A stretch of DNA of 64,000 bases from Ophelia neglecta (lineage: Eukaryota). The stretch covers positions 58,838,001-58,902,000 of the forward strand of contig OZ260665.1 of the NCBI GenBank assembly GCA_965285935.1, in the 5' to 3' direction. Made by a program: the position numbers and the translations under genes. Of the stretch, positions 11,239 to 26,200 are shown piece by piece; position 1 is the first letter of the stretch; each line of letters begins with the position of its first letter. The notes below the pieces were generated by a model. That model was not told the DNA's origin and searched no databases. It worked only from the letters and a program-made list of their open reading frames with translations.

Positions 11239-14200
11239 TTCTAATATTTTAAATATTGAGTACTCTTTTTGAGTGTTGAATTGCGTTGAACAATTTTATC
11301 ATGGTAAACTCCCCCCCCCCCCAGTAGCAAAGGTTACACTCTCTGTGCAGTCGTTCACTTTAACAGCGAACGAAGGTAGAAAAAATATGGAACTGCCACT
11401 CAGGCAAAATTCACAGCCTTAAAAAAAATTCTTCACATGCCCGTCGTGGAATACATAATACTGACACTACTGATATAATTGTTTAAAGTGTATGAGCTTT
11501 TTGCAACATGTTCTGTACTTCTTTGATATTTGCACTGTCAACACTTGCGAACAAAAAACTTATGAATAAAACTGATTTGAAGCCCGTAGTCCATACTTTT
11601 CACGGTTAGACGACAGGAGCTATAATTGTGAAAAGACAAGAGTTTTACCAGTCTTGGAAGAAAAGGAGACATTGAATCCGATGGTATACATCGTTCATTT
11701 CGCGTGTCATCTTCACGAGCAATTCAGGGAGGTGAACTAATGCACTCCCCCTTTTGTTTTCTTATTAAGGAAATTAGGAATTCATCAACAATGACGTATT
11801 TTAATTACGCAAAGCAATAACTATACTTATCATGATACATGTATAACGGAAGCGGTTGTCAGTGTCAAAGATGTTCAGCCTCTTGCAGTTATTCTCTGTT
11901 TGCTTCTTTACCATCAATGCCTTTTGGTGATGTTTCTCCCGATATATAGAATGTAATTTTAATATTATATAAAGTTTCCCAATATACTGGGGCTGGCCAA
12001 TGCATGCCGCCTGCCGTGGTAATTTTTATGATGCCCGATTTATAGCCGAAATAAAGGTTCACAATAATGTCAGCCTCATAGCTACCAAGAATGGCACAGG
12101 TGTTGTCAAAAGTAATGAAAGATCCCCGAGTCTTGTGAATGCCCGCTTCCTCATTACTTAACTTTACTAGTAGAGCTAACTCATATTGGATGCTGTAAGG
12201 GAAACTTTCGCTTATGGGAGTAATTTGTTTTCGGTTATTTGCTTCTTTATGTTCTTTTGCTATTTTGACGTCTCATCACAGCACGCAGGCTAACATTTTC
12301 TAACTACTAAAAGAACAGCCAGTCCATAGTGAATCCTTTGTCATGCATTGTTAATTCTATTTCATGTATATGAATACAAGGCCAGCCTGTTTGTCATAAA
12401 TATCCAAGCCCTGTTTGCCTTTTGCTTCTATACCTCAGCACTAAGTTTCACGTGCAGCTGCTTCCACCCGAGGGAAGGCTGATGATGGATGGTAATTCGC
12501 ACCAACAATTTGCGTTCTCTCCAGGGATCATCGATTATCGGTCTTGATCCAATATTCTGTAAACTGCAGCCTTTTTATCATTAGTTCTCCAGTATTCATT
12601 GTAGAAACTTGATCTGAGCACATTTTTGCTAGTTAGCGGAGTTTATGGTTTTATATGTAGTGTAGGATAGAAAGGAGTGGATAGTCAGCAGACAAGCGAA
12701 TTCGTATTTTATCAAGCACACACTGCCTCAGCATGATCTCAGTTGAGTCATCGTGTACATGTCTATTAAGTACGAAAGAAAGTATATCCCTAGGATAACT
12801 TTCCCAGAAACAATTACATCATAGATGTGTTTGCTTTATCCCAAGGGATTACATATTGCACCTATAGGGAGGTAATCCTGTCTTCTATATAACACTACAT
12901 TATGAAGTTAGCTGGCTTCACTTGTTGCCAATGGCTTGAATTAATCACACTGTACAAATAATCCTGATGTACGCTTGCCTGTTGCCTGTAATTTCTCGTG
13001 AACGTAGGAACATTGTAGCCGGATATCACAGTCATGTTGTACCAGGAGGTATATAGAATTTCAAATGCTGGTTTTAGCAGATGACAAGAGGAGTGGACGA
13101 CACATGCTGGTTGTTGTTGTTGTTTGGGGTTTTACGATACATGCTGGTAACTAATGCTTTATGAACTGTGTTAGAGAACCACTAAATGGCTTCTTGGCAA
13201 CTCAGTATAGGAAATTACCTCTGCAAAGTATTATCTAATCGTTCTAGGGAGGGAGTTTGCAACGGAACACTGAAGAAGTTGATGATAAACGATTGATTCT
13301 CATCCAAAAAATTTTGCGCGTTTGGTAATAATTTGAAAATATGGACAGACACGGAACATCTGACTAATTTGTACAAACCTAATGATTTTATTCGAGATTC
13401 GCTTGACCATGAGATGAGAATTATTCGGGACGGTCACTCGGAACGTCATTAACATGGAAGGATATCCCAAAGGAATAACAATGGGTTTTACTCATCACAG
13501 TGATCGTGACGTTCATATCAATGCATTTCCTGGGATAAGCTTTTAGCCAATGCTGAGACCACTAGCAATTTGACCTCTGTATGAGGAATTCCGCATAAAG
13601 AAACACACCAGATCTGTGGGGCTGATGACTGTTGAACGAAATGAAAAACTGGAAACAGGCTGGTTGTAACAGCTGGAATTTATGCAGACTCAAGTCATTG
13701 CAGTGCATCTGTTCTTATTATTATTCAATTCGCTGCAGGTTTTGATTGCGTTTTACATTGACAAACTTAAGTATTTGAAAAAGCGAAACAAATCCAAAAG
13801 AAAGGAAATTCGCAGAACAGTTCAATAATAATGATTATAGAAGATAGTTGTAATAGCAGAAATATGGTACATTCTACTTCATTACTTTCTACCTGATCTA
13901 ATCAATTTAATGCATCGACATTTGGTCTGTACTCTGGAAAATAATTCGTCGGCCATTATTGAAATTGATAACTTTCCACCCGGTCCGATATATTCAATGC
14001 CTGCGTGTGATTCATACTTTCGACATTCAGAAACGGCCCATTATTTAAAGGTGTTAAATAATCATGGCATTAGTGACATCCGGATATCCGTTTGGAGTTC
14101 AGTCCATGCGTTGATTTAAAATGTGACAGGTGTTGAACTTGAAACACACCTGCTCCATAGTCACCTTTCTGAAAGGCATATTTCCATATAAAAAAAAGGC

Positions 14201-17028
14201 AACTTACTCTTGTCCAAAGATCAAGTTATTTAGCAGGTCAGATAATCATTAATGCTTACCATACCGTTATTACGCTATATATATACTCAGCCATATACTC
14301 GGCCGATGACAGTAGATCGATATCATCCTATCACTGCCCAGTAGTAAATCTAATGTGCATTGCAATTAGATAATTGAGTTCTGTCCTATTACTAGATATC
14401 AAGCTATTACAGTCATGTGTTTGTGAGTAATGATATTTTTTACACAGTGAACATCCGATAACGTTGGCAGTCGGTTCAGTAACACATTTGAAATATTCCG
14501 CAGAGAATTAATTTTTTCCCAATTCATTGTTATATATATATACTTATCGATTGATTGACAAGTGGCAAGGACAGGTGTTTTGGAACAAGACTATAAATCC
14601 CTATCATAAATATTAGCTCTCATGGCTTCCCCCAATCGTTGCTTTACTTTTTATAGAACTAATGTCTATAATCATTGTTTTTCGTCGCAACATTAATTAT
14701 GATTTTTTTGTTATTCTTTTGCACAACCTGCGTACCTCGACATTCATAATAAATATGCTCTATAAGTCAACCAATCCAAAACAGACTGTTTTGCCGGATC
14801 TGAGATACTTATTCGTTGAAAGGGAGCAGTGAGGTAATATTAAAGATGTTTATAGAGTATACATTTATTAGACAATGGCACAGTGGATTGGAACATCAGT
14901 AATCATAAGGACAAGTATTGATTGGAACAACGTTTGCTAATTTGCATTCATTTTGAATTTTGTTCACCGATGATATCAAAGAAAACTAAATTTGTGAATA
15001 CATCCGCATGCATACATTATTTTGTCCATTTTTCCTTTGTTACCACCATACATCTAATGATGGAACTGGATACGATAACCCATATTGGACGTTTTATATC
15101 TTTTTTTCCTCGACGCAGCTTTGTTTATCACAATTTCAGCGTTTATTGGTGGATTACGAAAGTCAACACAGAGATAAGCACCCTTCTTGTACTTATTTAG
15201 CAGATTGATCTATGCTCATTAAAATGCCTATAAAGGTGAAATGACTTGCACTCTAGCGTTTCCAATTTCAATTTATTCATCCATTTTACCATAACAGATT
15301 GGTGAAGTTGGAGAAAAGCAACGCTAACCGAATAAATTTGTACTCATTTGGTGTTAATATTTCATCTCAGCATAAGCCGACTTAGAATGTTGTATCGGGT
15401 TGTCTGCCATAGATTAGATAGAAATATTTCCACCAGTATCATATGATAGAATCCGATTACTTTAACACGCCACTGAGTGATAATATTGCATCAGTGCATT
15501 TAAATGGGATCCAAAAGTAGACCTGTTTGGAACTCAGTGTTGGATAAGGATTGAAGGTTTAAAAGATAATGGCATATTGGGAGAGAAAAAAAAACCCTAT
15601 CAAATGTTTCTTCATTGTTTCTTCTATTCAAAACGAGGCAAGGTCACACAATAATAAAAAACATTCACGGAATAGCTAAGCATGAAAGAGAGACAGATGA
15701 CGATATATAGGACCTCGGCTGTCATGCTGTGTATGTTGTATTTAATTTGTATCTAAGGCTCGACTGCCCGAATTTCTACATTAAGCAAGTGCAATTACCC
15801 ATGGGTAGATAATCATGATTTAGGTGTTATCCTTCTTGCCACAGATGGTTACTGGACACATGAATAATAGAACCAGAAACTGAAAATCCTACTTAAGGCT
15901 GGCACGATAAGTATGCCTTCAGAAGGAGATGTAACGCTTTAATGGCAGAAATAGGAAATAAATGTTGACCAAACCATTATAAATCAACATCATGTCGGAT
16001 GAAAAAGAGAAAATATATTTTGAACAACACCAAATGGACCAAATAAAAAGGAACGAATATGAGTTCGTTTCGTGGTCAGGAACAAGACAACATTTCATCA
16101 TGTTACTTGGTAATGTCCAATGGCGTTGTGATTGGTTCCACTAAGAGTGAGTTAAACTTTATCATAAATGCCAGGCACAGCTTCAAGCCCAGACTTTCAG
16201 CATTCGAAAGGGCCTAGAACCATAAATAGCATTAATATATTGACCATGTGGTTTGTCTAACATGGGCTCATGAATGGTGATCGATTGTATCAATACTAAT
16301 AAGCGTCATTATCGTGAAAGCTCATTACGTCGAGTGCTCAGTCTGGTGACCTAGAAATGACATCGTCTTGTTCACACTAGAAGGGAATTCGAGCATTCCC
16401 TTGTCAACATTTGCATTATTCAATTAACATTTTTACAAAGCAAACTACAGAAAAACGGGAATGGATACCCTCCAGAAAAGCAAAAATCATTAATAAAAAT
16501 ACTCCATTTAATCTGTTCGAATTCATCAGGAAGCAGTAAGTATCAGCCCATGAGCACAAAAAGCTATCTCCAACTCCAATACTGTTAATACGCTTGTATC
16601 GAAATTGATACAATGCAATAACATATTACATTGATATCACACGCAGTGAGTGTTGGCATTAGGTTTTCATAATGAGATTCCGAGCTTGAAACAAACGAGC
16701 CAGTGGTTAACGTAGGAAAGAGATGAAATATTAGCCATCTCATAACTAAGGGACGATTGATGAATTTGTCTCGAACAGTACAGCATACCGAGGGGAAGAA
16801 GGGAAGGGTACAATATTTCTTGGTTAGTGCACTAAGGTTTGAAGTAAATAAAGTGACGGCAAAGACACGTAAATCAAAAGTCCTTCATCATTAAAATTCA
16901 TTATCACGGTAAGGATATATGGACTGTCTTTATTACCATAAAAATTAGAGGCTAATATCCATATTTAAATGGACAACATTGAAAATGAGGTTGTTAATTA
17001 AATAGTACAACATTTTCAAGATGATTAA

Positions 17029-17464
17029 GGCCACCTTTAGGCATTTTGGACTCATATTTTATACTTTGAAAGTCACAAATTCCTCAATGGCCTGAAATTG
17101 GCATCAGTTTCCTTGAAACTCGCCTTCAGTCTTAAGGCATCGGAAGCTCTTTGGGAAGAGACTGCTGAATTTGTGTTCTGGCAATGTTTGATATCGTCAA
17201 AGTAAGTTTAATTACTTCATTTTAGTTTTTTGGCAACGATTGCTGAAAACAGCCTTCATCAATATCTATATAGACACAGAGTTTCCGAGAGCTTCCTATT
17301 CGACGCTTATGAATAACGTCGACAGCCAGGCAGCTGATGGCATGCTACATCAGTGAAATCTAATTTCCCGTCGCTAATGCACTCAGTCACCATATGCTCA
17401 GAGGACAAATCATATTTAAATCACTTATTCAAGAAGCTTAGTAATTTTCCGTAAAGGTGTGGCC
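17029..17464. mobile_element. Kolobok-like MITE (TTAA target, GG...CC termini)
   Basis: ttaa|GGCCACCTTTA at the left end and TAAAGGTGTGGCC|ttta at the right end: imperfect TIR with a 2-nt indel and a degenerate TTAA target site. Confidence 0.6.
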
Positions 17465-20400
17465 TTTACCATATCCCGGTTAAATTACCTAACTTTTTCT
17501 AGGAAACAAAGGTGGTTCTGTCAATGACATACCACAAAAGGAAAACAATAAATAATCAATAATTTCTTTGTGGAGTAAAATGGAAAATTTATATTATGAA
17601 ATAATCTGATACAGAAAGGCAGGGCCGCTTTGACCTTTGAACTAGAGACAAAGTCCTTACTGTTGTTATATCTTTCAATGGACAAGTGGCAAACATCGTA
17701 TGACTTCTTTTGCTCAAGGATATTTCCTTGTTATACCCATTGCAAGTGATATTCCACATAATATTTCTGTCATCAATCTATATTAATACCTTTTAGAGCC
17801 AGAGCCTTGCCAGGCTTTATGTAGCTTCATTGTGCCTAGACATTTCCTTTTCTCGTTGTTCTTGATATTTCACATTCTCATAATTATTATTGTAAATCTT
17901 ATTCATGTTCGTCGAACTGATTAAAAGTTTCCGATTAAAAGTTTGATGCTCTTTCAATCTCAGGAAATTCGGCCTCTAGAAAGGCTTTAATTCAGTTCAT
18001 TATGTATTTGGTTTAATGTTTCAACACTATGTGCAGTGAGCTTCAAAGCCGGCTGCGTGTGTGTGAAATCCTCTCATCCATCTTGGAGTTATCATTATGA
18101 AGACTTTATCGAGAGAGGAGGACAGTGACACAGAGAGGGAGAGACAGATAGACCTAACATGATTGTTCATGGATAAAAAAGGGGTAACTTTCATCTTTGT
18201 GCACATATTAAGCGAACAATAGTGTTCGAATAACATAACAGTGTCTGAGGTCACTGATTCCATGACAAAACCCATTGGCAGACAAAGTTACGCCTTAGAA
18301 ACACGAAACAACTCACCCCGAGCCAGTGATCAGATGTCGGATAATGAAAGGGAAATACCTATAAGATTGGCCACTGAAAAGTGGAAAGATTCGCCCTTGA
18401 ATATGCGTACACTGAACGAATTTTACAGCTAGGCAAATATTTCAGAAAGCCATCACATAAAAAGAAAATCCTAAACCCAATATTTCGCGTTCATTCTTCA
18501 GGCCTCTACCCTAGACAGAAGGGTATATTATTCGCATCGATTATTCATTAAAAATAAATTCGATGATCCTCGGAAGTGCGTCTGCCAGTCTGGCTAATAT
18601 CAGACATAGCCTGCATGCCAGGCTGCAATATTCTCGTTCAGTTGTCCTCGGGGTTAATGGTGGAAACATGGCTCGTTGGTAAGTTAGCTACATATTTTGC
18701 CAAACGCCTCAAATTCTGAGGCCGTGTGTAAATACACTCAAGTCTGCCTCTGCCATGCCTCATTGTGATGCGACGTTTCTTAATGTTGCTGAAATAGAGC
18801 AATTTTACACGGAAGGGCAAATTGTATAGAGATTGAATTCATGAACACCGACACACATTTAGTAGAAAAATAATACATTACGTGTGGGTAGATGTTGGGA
18901 ACCGTCTACCTGTCTGCAATCAGGTGCAGTAGGAAGATTGCTTTTACGTAAGAAGAAAATACAACCTTGACAAGTATCGCATATAGAACTGCACATGCCT
19001 GAGGATTCCAAGTCAAAGATAAAACCGCTCTACATGTCATACAATTAGAATTCTCCTGTTATTAACTAACTAATAATGAAAATTGGTGGTAAAATGCTTG
19101 TAATGACCATGGAAGGAGTTTCATTTCTCACTCATGCATAGAAAAGCTAATAGGAGGTTTGGAACCCCAACAGCGATATGATTTCTGTACAAACAGTTTA
19201 ATGCAATTCCACCCGCTTCCTTACTGATAATATGCTTCATATGTCAAAAAAGTTTCTATAATATAACATCCATTACATGATGTATACAATATCGAGCAAG
19301 CTATTCTAAACATTCGGTGAATGTATTAAGTTTCATATCTGAAGAAGTTACAAGCACGAAGTTTTATTTACAAGCTAATAGTTGGCGATAATGATGAAAA
19401 GTTTTATTCGTTAATATTTACATTGGAAACAAAGATAGTTTATCAATCCTAGAAATTTCTGCTGTATCAAATAGATTTATAATCATTAATAATAACGAAA
19501 TGCTAGATTCTATTCATCTTTTCCAATAATACAATCGAGTATACTCCGCTGTTTTGCTGACTATGTAGTATCGATCGTCTTAGCAAACTGGCAAAAATAT
19601 CGCTCTTGTAACTCAATTTTGATCTAAGCAACTTGGTAATACAAGCTGCAGCTAAATGTGTTGTCATCTGCTGACAATTTTGCAAACGACAGAATCCAAT
19701 TACGGCATCCCTGGAAACAGTAATGCGGGGAATTGCCAAAAAAAAACTACATTTAAATGTGCTTCTGTTATTATTGCAAACAAGCAGCTTCATATTTCCT
19801 AAAGTGACTGTTTTAAGGATAAACCCATGAATGCAATATACATAAAGTTTTAACCGTAATTGATATAATAATAAAGTACAGCACCTTTTGTCAGTGGATT
19901 TACCATCCGTGTTTTGAAAGCATTACCAATGCTAATAGTGCGGATATAAATTGGGAGAACAGAACAGTTTGCCATTGTTCGATTTGATTTTACTTCCGGG
20001 TGGAAGGGAAATAAAATATAATATTTTAATTTAAAGTACAAGTTCACATTTAGATAGTTTTAATTTGTTTATTTATTGAGAAATTGTGTAGATTAAAGTG
20101 ATGGCGCCACTACGACTGTTCCACATCCGTTTTTGCTTCCTCGTGGAATCTCCCTTGCGGTAACACTTGTTACCACTGAGGGTGCGCATGCTGTGCTCGG
20201 CCCCTGTTATTTATAAGTAAAACAAACAAACAAGGCTGTCGTTTGCAAATTTGTCATCACTGTTTCGACAAAACCGGTTAAAAGTGCCTTCCTTTAAAAA
20301 TCAACCATTCAGTCTAGTGAACTCCAAGGAAACATTGTCTACATAATGTGCAGTCCCTAGACCGCTTGGCTTATGTTCATGCTCCTCATTCATCAAACTT

Positions 20401-23239
20401 GGCATTATCCTGGAGCTATTTAGCCCACAATGTTTTCGACAAGTTGCTATTATTGATTTCCAAGTGGCAAACTCCAGATGGATGATCCCCCGATGTGAAA
20501 CCAGGCGTTTGAAAGATCAAAAGATCAAAAGGAAGAGAGACAAGACCGGAACTGCGCTCCACGACCCATGAAGAACAGAAACCCTGTTTTATAGAATCGG
20601 TTGATTATTATTTGTATTCAGCAACGAAATTTCCTAGACAACTTCATTAATTGGAACTGGCAATGGTCCACCTCAAAATAGGTTCAGTAAAAAACACTTT
20701 TTATTCCAATTGGCAAAATGTTTCAACATTGGCACTGCTCTTTTATGCCTTATTTACCCATGAAAGGTTAGTGATCCCTTTTGTGGTAGAAACGCTTCGG
20801 ACACAATTTGTAATCAACATTTTCCGACTGTCATGTGTTTTGTCCTTTTTATAGAGTAGCATATCCGACCTCTTTTTCATAGTAAGTTAAAGATATAATA
20901 ATTAGAGTACCTTACTAGGTTTTAAGACATTGACATGCTCACTTAATATACTGAGTGCTAATGGGTGGCGTCTGTTGTGTAATGGCAGCTCACATCGCGT
21001 GCAGTCAACTTCTCGATACGTCTTCCATGGGTTAATGGCGTAACATGACTCCCCGTGGATTAGCCACAAGAGCTGCACTCACTGCCGAGTAATGTTATGT
21101 GGGCAAAGGGCAATGGAAGAAATATTGTAAGTCTGGCACAAGCCAGGGAAACACATTAATGTGCAAAACAAGTAGGTTAACATCTCTTTGGTGAAGAGTA
21201 AAATGTTTACTGAATATATGTAAGAAACGTAAAATCGGTTTATTGTGTTTTGCTATTATAACCAGAGCCTTGTGCAATGTAATATAGGCAATGTGCATAC
21301 AAGCGGCTTACCCTGCAGGTGGATTAGACGCAGTGCCAGGTCGATAAAGCGCCATCCACCCAGTGTGTTTGTCAATATCTAAAGGAGCCTGACTTTGCAG
21401 CACACCCAGAACGTAGGCACACTCCCAGTGTGGGGGGATGGCGACAGTTGAAGGGAAAGAAGTAAAGCAGCTGTGTGTTGGTTCGTGCAGTCATCATGCG
21501 GCCATTTGAGGGCATCGGTTGGACAATTTTTTTCAAATGATATATTAGGACTAAAGACTGGAAATCAAAAGTCACCCACAGCTGCTTTCTGTATTTCAAG
21601 TGCGATCTGGCATGGCAGTGCCCTGTGTATAATTGCATATGTGGTGCATTGAATCCTATAAGTGAAGACTAGTCCACCTGTATGGGATATTATACAAAAC
21701 GATTCTGTCGTGTTAAGGTAGGAATGAAATTAGCAATTTAATGTATGTTTATTCTTAATTTATCCCAGGCTTTGTTCGATAAACATGGATATATGATACG
21801 AAAAAGTCGGTGCCTAGCGTTGGATTGTCACCTTGTCTTAATTCGCGGTTTTAATTAAACCATTGAGGAGGTTACTCAGGTAACTGTTAACGGCTCACCA
21901 TTGATAGCCATGGTCTCGAAGCAACAAGAAATAGTTATATATACATATTCCGGGAGCAGTGGTAGTATTGCAAATTTTCTATCCATAAAAGCTTATATGA
22001 TCCGTCCTAATGAGTTGTCAAGGTCTAAACAGTATGAACACGTATACTCTGTCTAGCACATTCGTATCGGGATGACAAAGGTATACATCCCAGTTGAGCA
22101 TTATATCACAGTTCATGCCTTAGTGTGATATACCAAATAATTGCGATTCATGTCCATTTTTATTTGATCGGTTTTATTTTTAGAAATAAAAGTGCATTAT
22201 TACATCAATGTAAGAGGGCTACTGTAGCACACTATGTAGCGTTACATATATTATTCCATTGCTACCTGCTACTATAACTATAGTGTATGCTTGATTGATA
22301 ATTGTTATGGTTGGTAGGATTGGCATCAAAAAGAAATGTTTAAAGAATAAAATACGATCAATTCAATATGTTTTTATCTACGAACAAAATTGCATTGCCA
22401 TTCGGTCTATGACACTGCTTTAGGTTTCATGATTAATTGACTGAGGTAGCATTCTGGTCATGTGGCAGAGCCATCAGCGACTGATAATATCTCATCATAC
22501 ATTGATATTATTGCCCTTGACTCTATATTATGTGGGCTCTAATTTCAAATGCTGATTGCCAGATTTCAGTCTGCCAGTCTGTGATGTTAGCAGCTTTCAG
22601 GGTTTGAATTATTCGAGCGGCAAGCTACTTGCTCTGCAAAGCCAGGTTTGATGCAAAATGAAAAGTGGAAAAGAGCAAAACGAATATTATATTAATGGAC
22701 ACTCATAAATGAAGTTAGAAAAGCGCTTTTTTTATTTGTCTGAGTATTGGTGTCGCCAGTAACAGGCTTTATATGTCCCCAAGCAAAGAAAGCTTATATC
22801 ATAGTGAATGATTCTCATTTAGACCGTGTTTCCCATTAATTTGCTTGCACGCAGGCACGTTTTTCTTTTGGCTGGTCAACAAGCAATCTAGAGAAAACAA
22901 AAATACACTCTATATTAATATGCAATGCCCAACATATACATCTTGCTAACATTATTTCCCCAGGTATTCCATATAATATTCAGTCCCTAATGGTATTTGA
23001 TCCGGTTATCCAAATACCAATATTTCGGAAACTGAAGTCCTTCTGTTATTTAACGAGTAATCATATTGATGTAATATTGATAGTCTCACTTAGTTCAACG
23101 GGCAGTAGAGGTCCTGGAACTATTGTTGGTTTGTTCCAGCCATTAAAATTGAATGGTGTTCATCAGCTGACACTTGTTTCCCTGGAAACGTCTGTTACAT
23201 GAAATATTAATCATAGCATAACCTTGTCTCTGCAGACTT

Positions 23240-23281
23240 TCTCTCTCTCTCCCTCTCTCTCTCGCTCGCTCTCGCCCTCTC
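23240..23281 (+). repeat. (CT)n/(CTCG)n microsatellite
   Basis: tctctctctctccctctctctctcgctcgctctcgccctctc. Confidence 0.85.
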
Positions 23282-26200
23282 GGTGACAGGCAAACCTTAC
23301 AAAGTCTGTAATTAACTGTGAAAGTGTACAGCGGAAGATCTTGACAACATAATGGTTCCTATAATGATATCTGCACGAAACCTCCCTTGTGCAAAGATAT
23401 TGATGTCTGCACTGACGGAGATAGGCTGAGGTTACAACCCATAACTGTTATATCCAAATTTATGCATAAGAGATTGTCGACGTTTATCAGAGAAACTGGA
23501 ATTAACCTTAGGGTTATATTTCTTTTGTTGGGCTTCCCGCATTTGTGACCATATGATGGACTGATGGACATTTGCCAGGCGATAAATGCCAGTCGAACCT
23601 TCAGAGCATTTTAATTAGACTATGTAGAAGGCAAATAAAAAGCGCGTATTTGAATTTATTGTGTCCACATGCCCTTACACAAATCTGTTTATTAGAATTA
23701 AGAATATTTCATGATGTATTACTTAAGAATGATCTTTACCTTTGTTCATTTATATATAAATATCATTCATATTAAAGAGCCTCTTATGGTATGTCATGTC
23801 ATTTACTACTGATTCGTCTGATTTCAACATTGATACAAATGTATGTTTTAAGTCTAATTAAATTACAAATATTGGATCCTCTATTTAAATCCGACATTAA
23901 GTACAATTGCATAATATTCATTTTCATCATGCGTGATCAATATGTGTTGGTTATGTTGATAGAAATTTAATGTTCGATTAAAGAGGATGTTCCTATATTC
24001 GTGAAAATTCGAATAGAATATGAGAATAACTCACCGATACTTAAACCGTGTTGATATATTCATTCTTTTTATGTTAAAGCTTTGTCACTTGATATGTCGA
24101 AATGGAAACTAGATGCTACTAAAGGCTCATATGCGTTAGCTAACTACACTAACTAAACACTTATATTGTTGCACAATACCAAATGAAATTATCAGTGCTG
24201 TTTAGCAATCGAGTTGCTTATTCCTCGATTAGTAATAACCTTTAACATTCATCTTTTACAATGGAGTTTAACTTATGGCTTTGGTGTCAAAACTCATTGT
24301 GATGAAAACCGTAAAACCGATAAAATATAATTTAAATAGGAAAATGAGTGCAACTGAGCATAAACAAGTTTGGTTATATAATAAGGGGAACTATTCTACC
24401 GTACGCGAGGTAGTATCTTTAACCCTTATCATATATATAACCTTATCATGAAACCAGATGTCAGACTAATTCCCCCCTCAATCATGGCTTAATTAGTCAG
24501 AAGACACCTTGACATTTTCATTTAGACTTGGGTATGCCATTTCATCAACAAACTATATCTACGATTAAATCAGGGGTGATCAGATTGACAAAAAGCATTA
24601 GCAGTTAAATAACATTCTTAAAGTAAATAGGTGATCCATGGACAATAAATCATAGCAATAGCAGAAAAATCTTCAGCTGGTCTTAGGTTACAATTATTTC
24701 AACTAGAGTTGCAGTCAACAGTTTCTTTGCGCACTCCTTTTTCCAACTGACAATAGAACCATTAAAGACGGATAAAGCCGGCGGCACATTACGCTGACTT
24801 TATGACAGTAATGACGACCCCAGTGTGTGGCCTTAAGACTTCACTGGAGCGATATACCACATAGTGCATCTTTCCCAGCCTTCGTCACTCCAATACGACT
24901 TTGGTGCAGTGCATACAGAAACATCAAGTTTTCATGACTGTTAAAAAGCACCCATCATTGTAATATTATTACATTTGTCGCCAGCAAGATATTGTCCACG
25001 GAGAATGGCTTTGGGAAAAGCCGTCAACACTACAGGGAGCATACCGTAAATAACTACCACTCGTAGCATTGCAGGTTATTGGGCAAATCTGGGGGAATGT
25101 GTTATACCTCACAAGGCAGCTTTCACGAGGAGAACACAGCGTTGAAAGATTGAATATCTTAATTGTGTATTTTAAAAAGTTAATTCCTTATCAGGATATC
25201 CTTTAAAAGTGTTTCAGTATACTCGTATTTCATCGACTGAACGGAAGCATGGGGACAAATAAAACATACACTCTTCGTTTGAGGAAACTTTATTTCTACA
25301 GTTTCATTAGTATCTAACTGGTAGAAATGGAAAAGACATATAATAGGAAGGATCTCCATGAAGAAACTCGTGTTATTATTCGTAAGTACTTCGGTAACTG
25401 TTTGTAGATTCTTGGGATATAACTTCAAATGAAATGTGGTACAGTTTGTGCCAATATCCCTTGCTCATAGGTCAGAGAAATAAAGTACTGCCGCTGCAAT
25501 CAGAAGTCCTGCTGAAACATAAAATGACAGTCAGTTAATAAAAGGCCTGAATAAATGTTGATTATTGTTATTTAATTATGGAAACTAGATTTATCATGCG
25601 ATTGTTACTTGTGTCTAACGGTAAGTTAAATGGCGTATTGTGAAGGTGTCTATTGAGGATACCAAGAAAGTCCTCATTTCAAGTCTGCTTGTTCTGCCTT
25701 TGACAATCAAACTGAACAAGTCTTCTGTCTTTGACAATTTGTGGTTTGAAAGGCAACAAACTTCAACGGCTTTAATAAACATATTATCTCAGACCTATTG
25801 ATCGATCTTCGTGTGATAGCCGGTCCTTTGAATGTATCAATACTTGTTGTGCTTTCGCTCCGAATATTAGGCCCGGATTCATGCTGTTAATTTCTCACAG
25901 ATATCAATCGTTCATAGCTTTTCAATGAAGTAAGTGATACCAACATTACAGTGTGATACCGGAATTCAACAACATAGTTGAAATCCATTAGCTATGATTA
26001 CAGAACAGATGAAATTCATTTCAGGCAATCGGTGCCTTCTTACCACGAGTATCATGTGACTATAAGATTGAACGACCAAAAATGAATCGACCTGAAAGTA
26101 GGAAAATATCATGTTTGGTCCTCACTCAATCATTTAAGTGCACATCCATAAATGTTAGTTTGTGAACAGTAGGTTGAACGCCACGCGGTAAAATACGTGT

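Larger units (their letters stand above)
4250..11240 (+). repeat. Older diverged paralogous block (GT31 copy A locus) homologous to about 21300-31150
   Basis: Collinear homologous patches: 4253-4330 vs 21303-21380, about 6000-6550 vs 24480-24930, 8385-8500 vs 28985-29105, the CDS, and the polyA context (11221-11240 vs 31132-31152). Confidence 0.8.

Noticed and set aside
11980-12520. pogo/DDE_1-like fragments (GAGQCMPPAVVIF, LMMDGNSH)
   Set aside because: Spacing is inconsistent, there are many stops and no TIRs; cannot be distinguished from chance without a search.
13450-13640. Frame resembling a carboxylesterase N-terminus (INAFPGISF)
   Set aside because: Only a few residues match, stops follow immediately, and no other esterase motifs are nearby.
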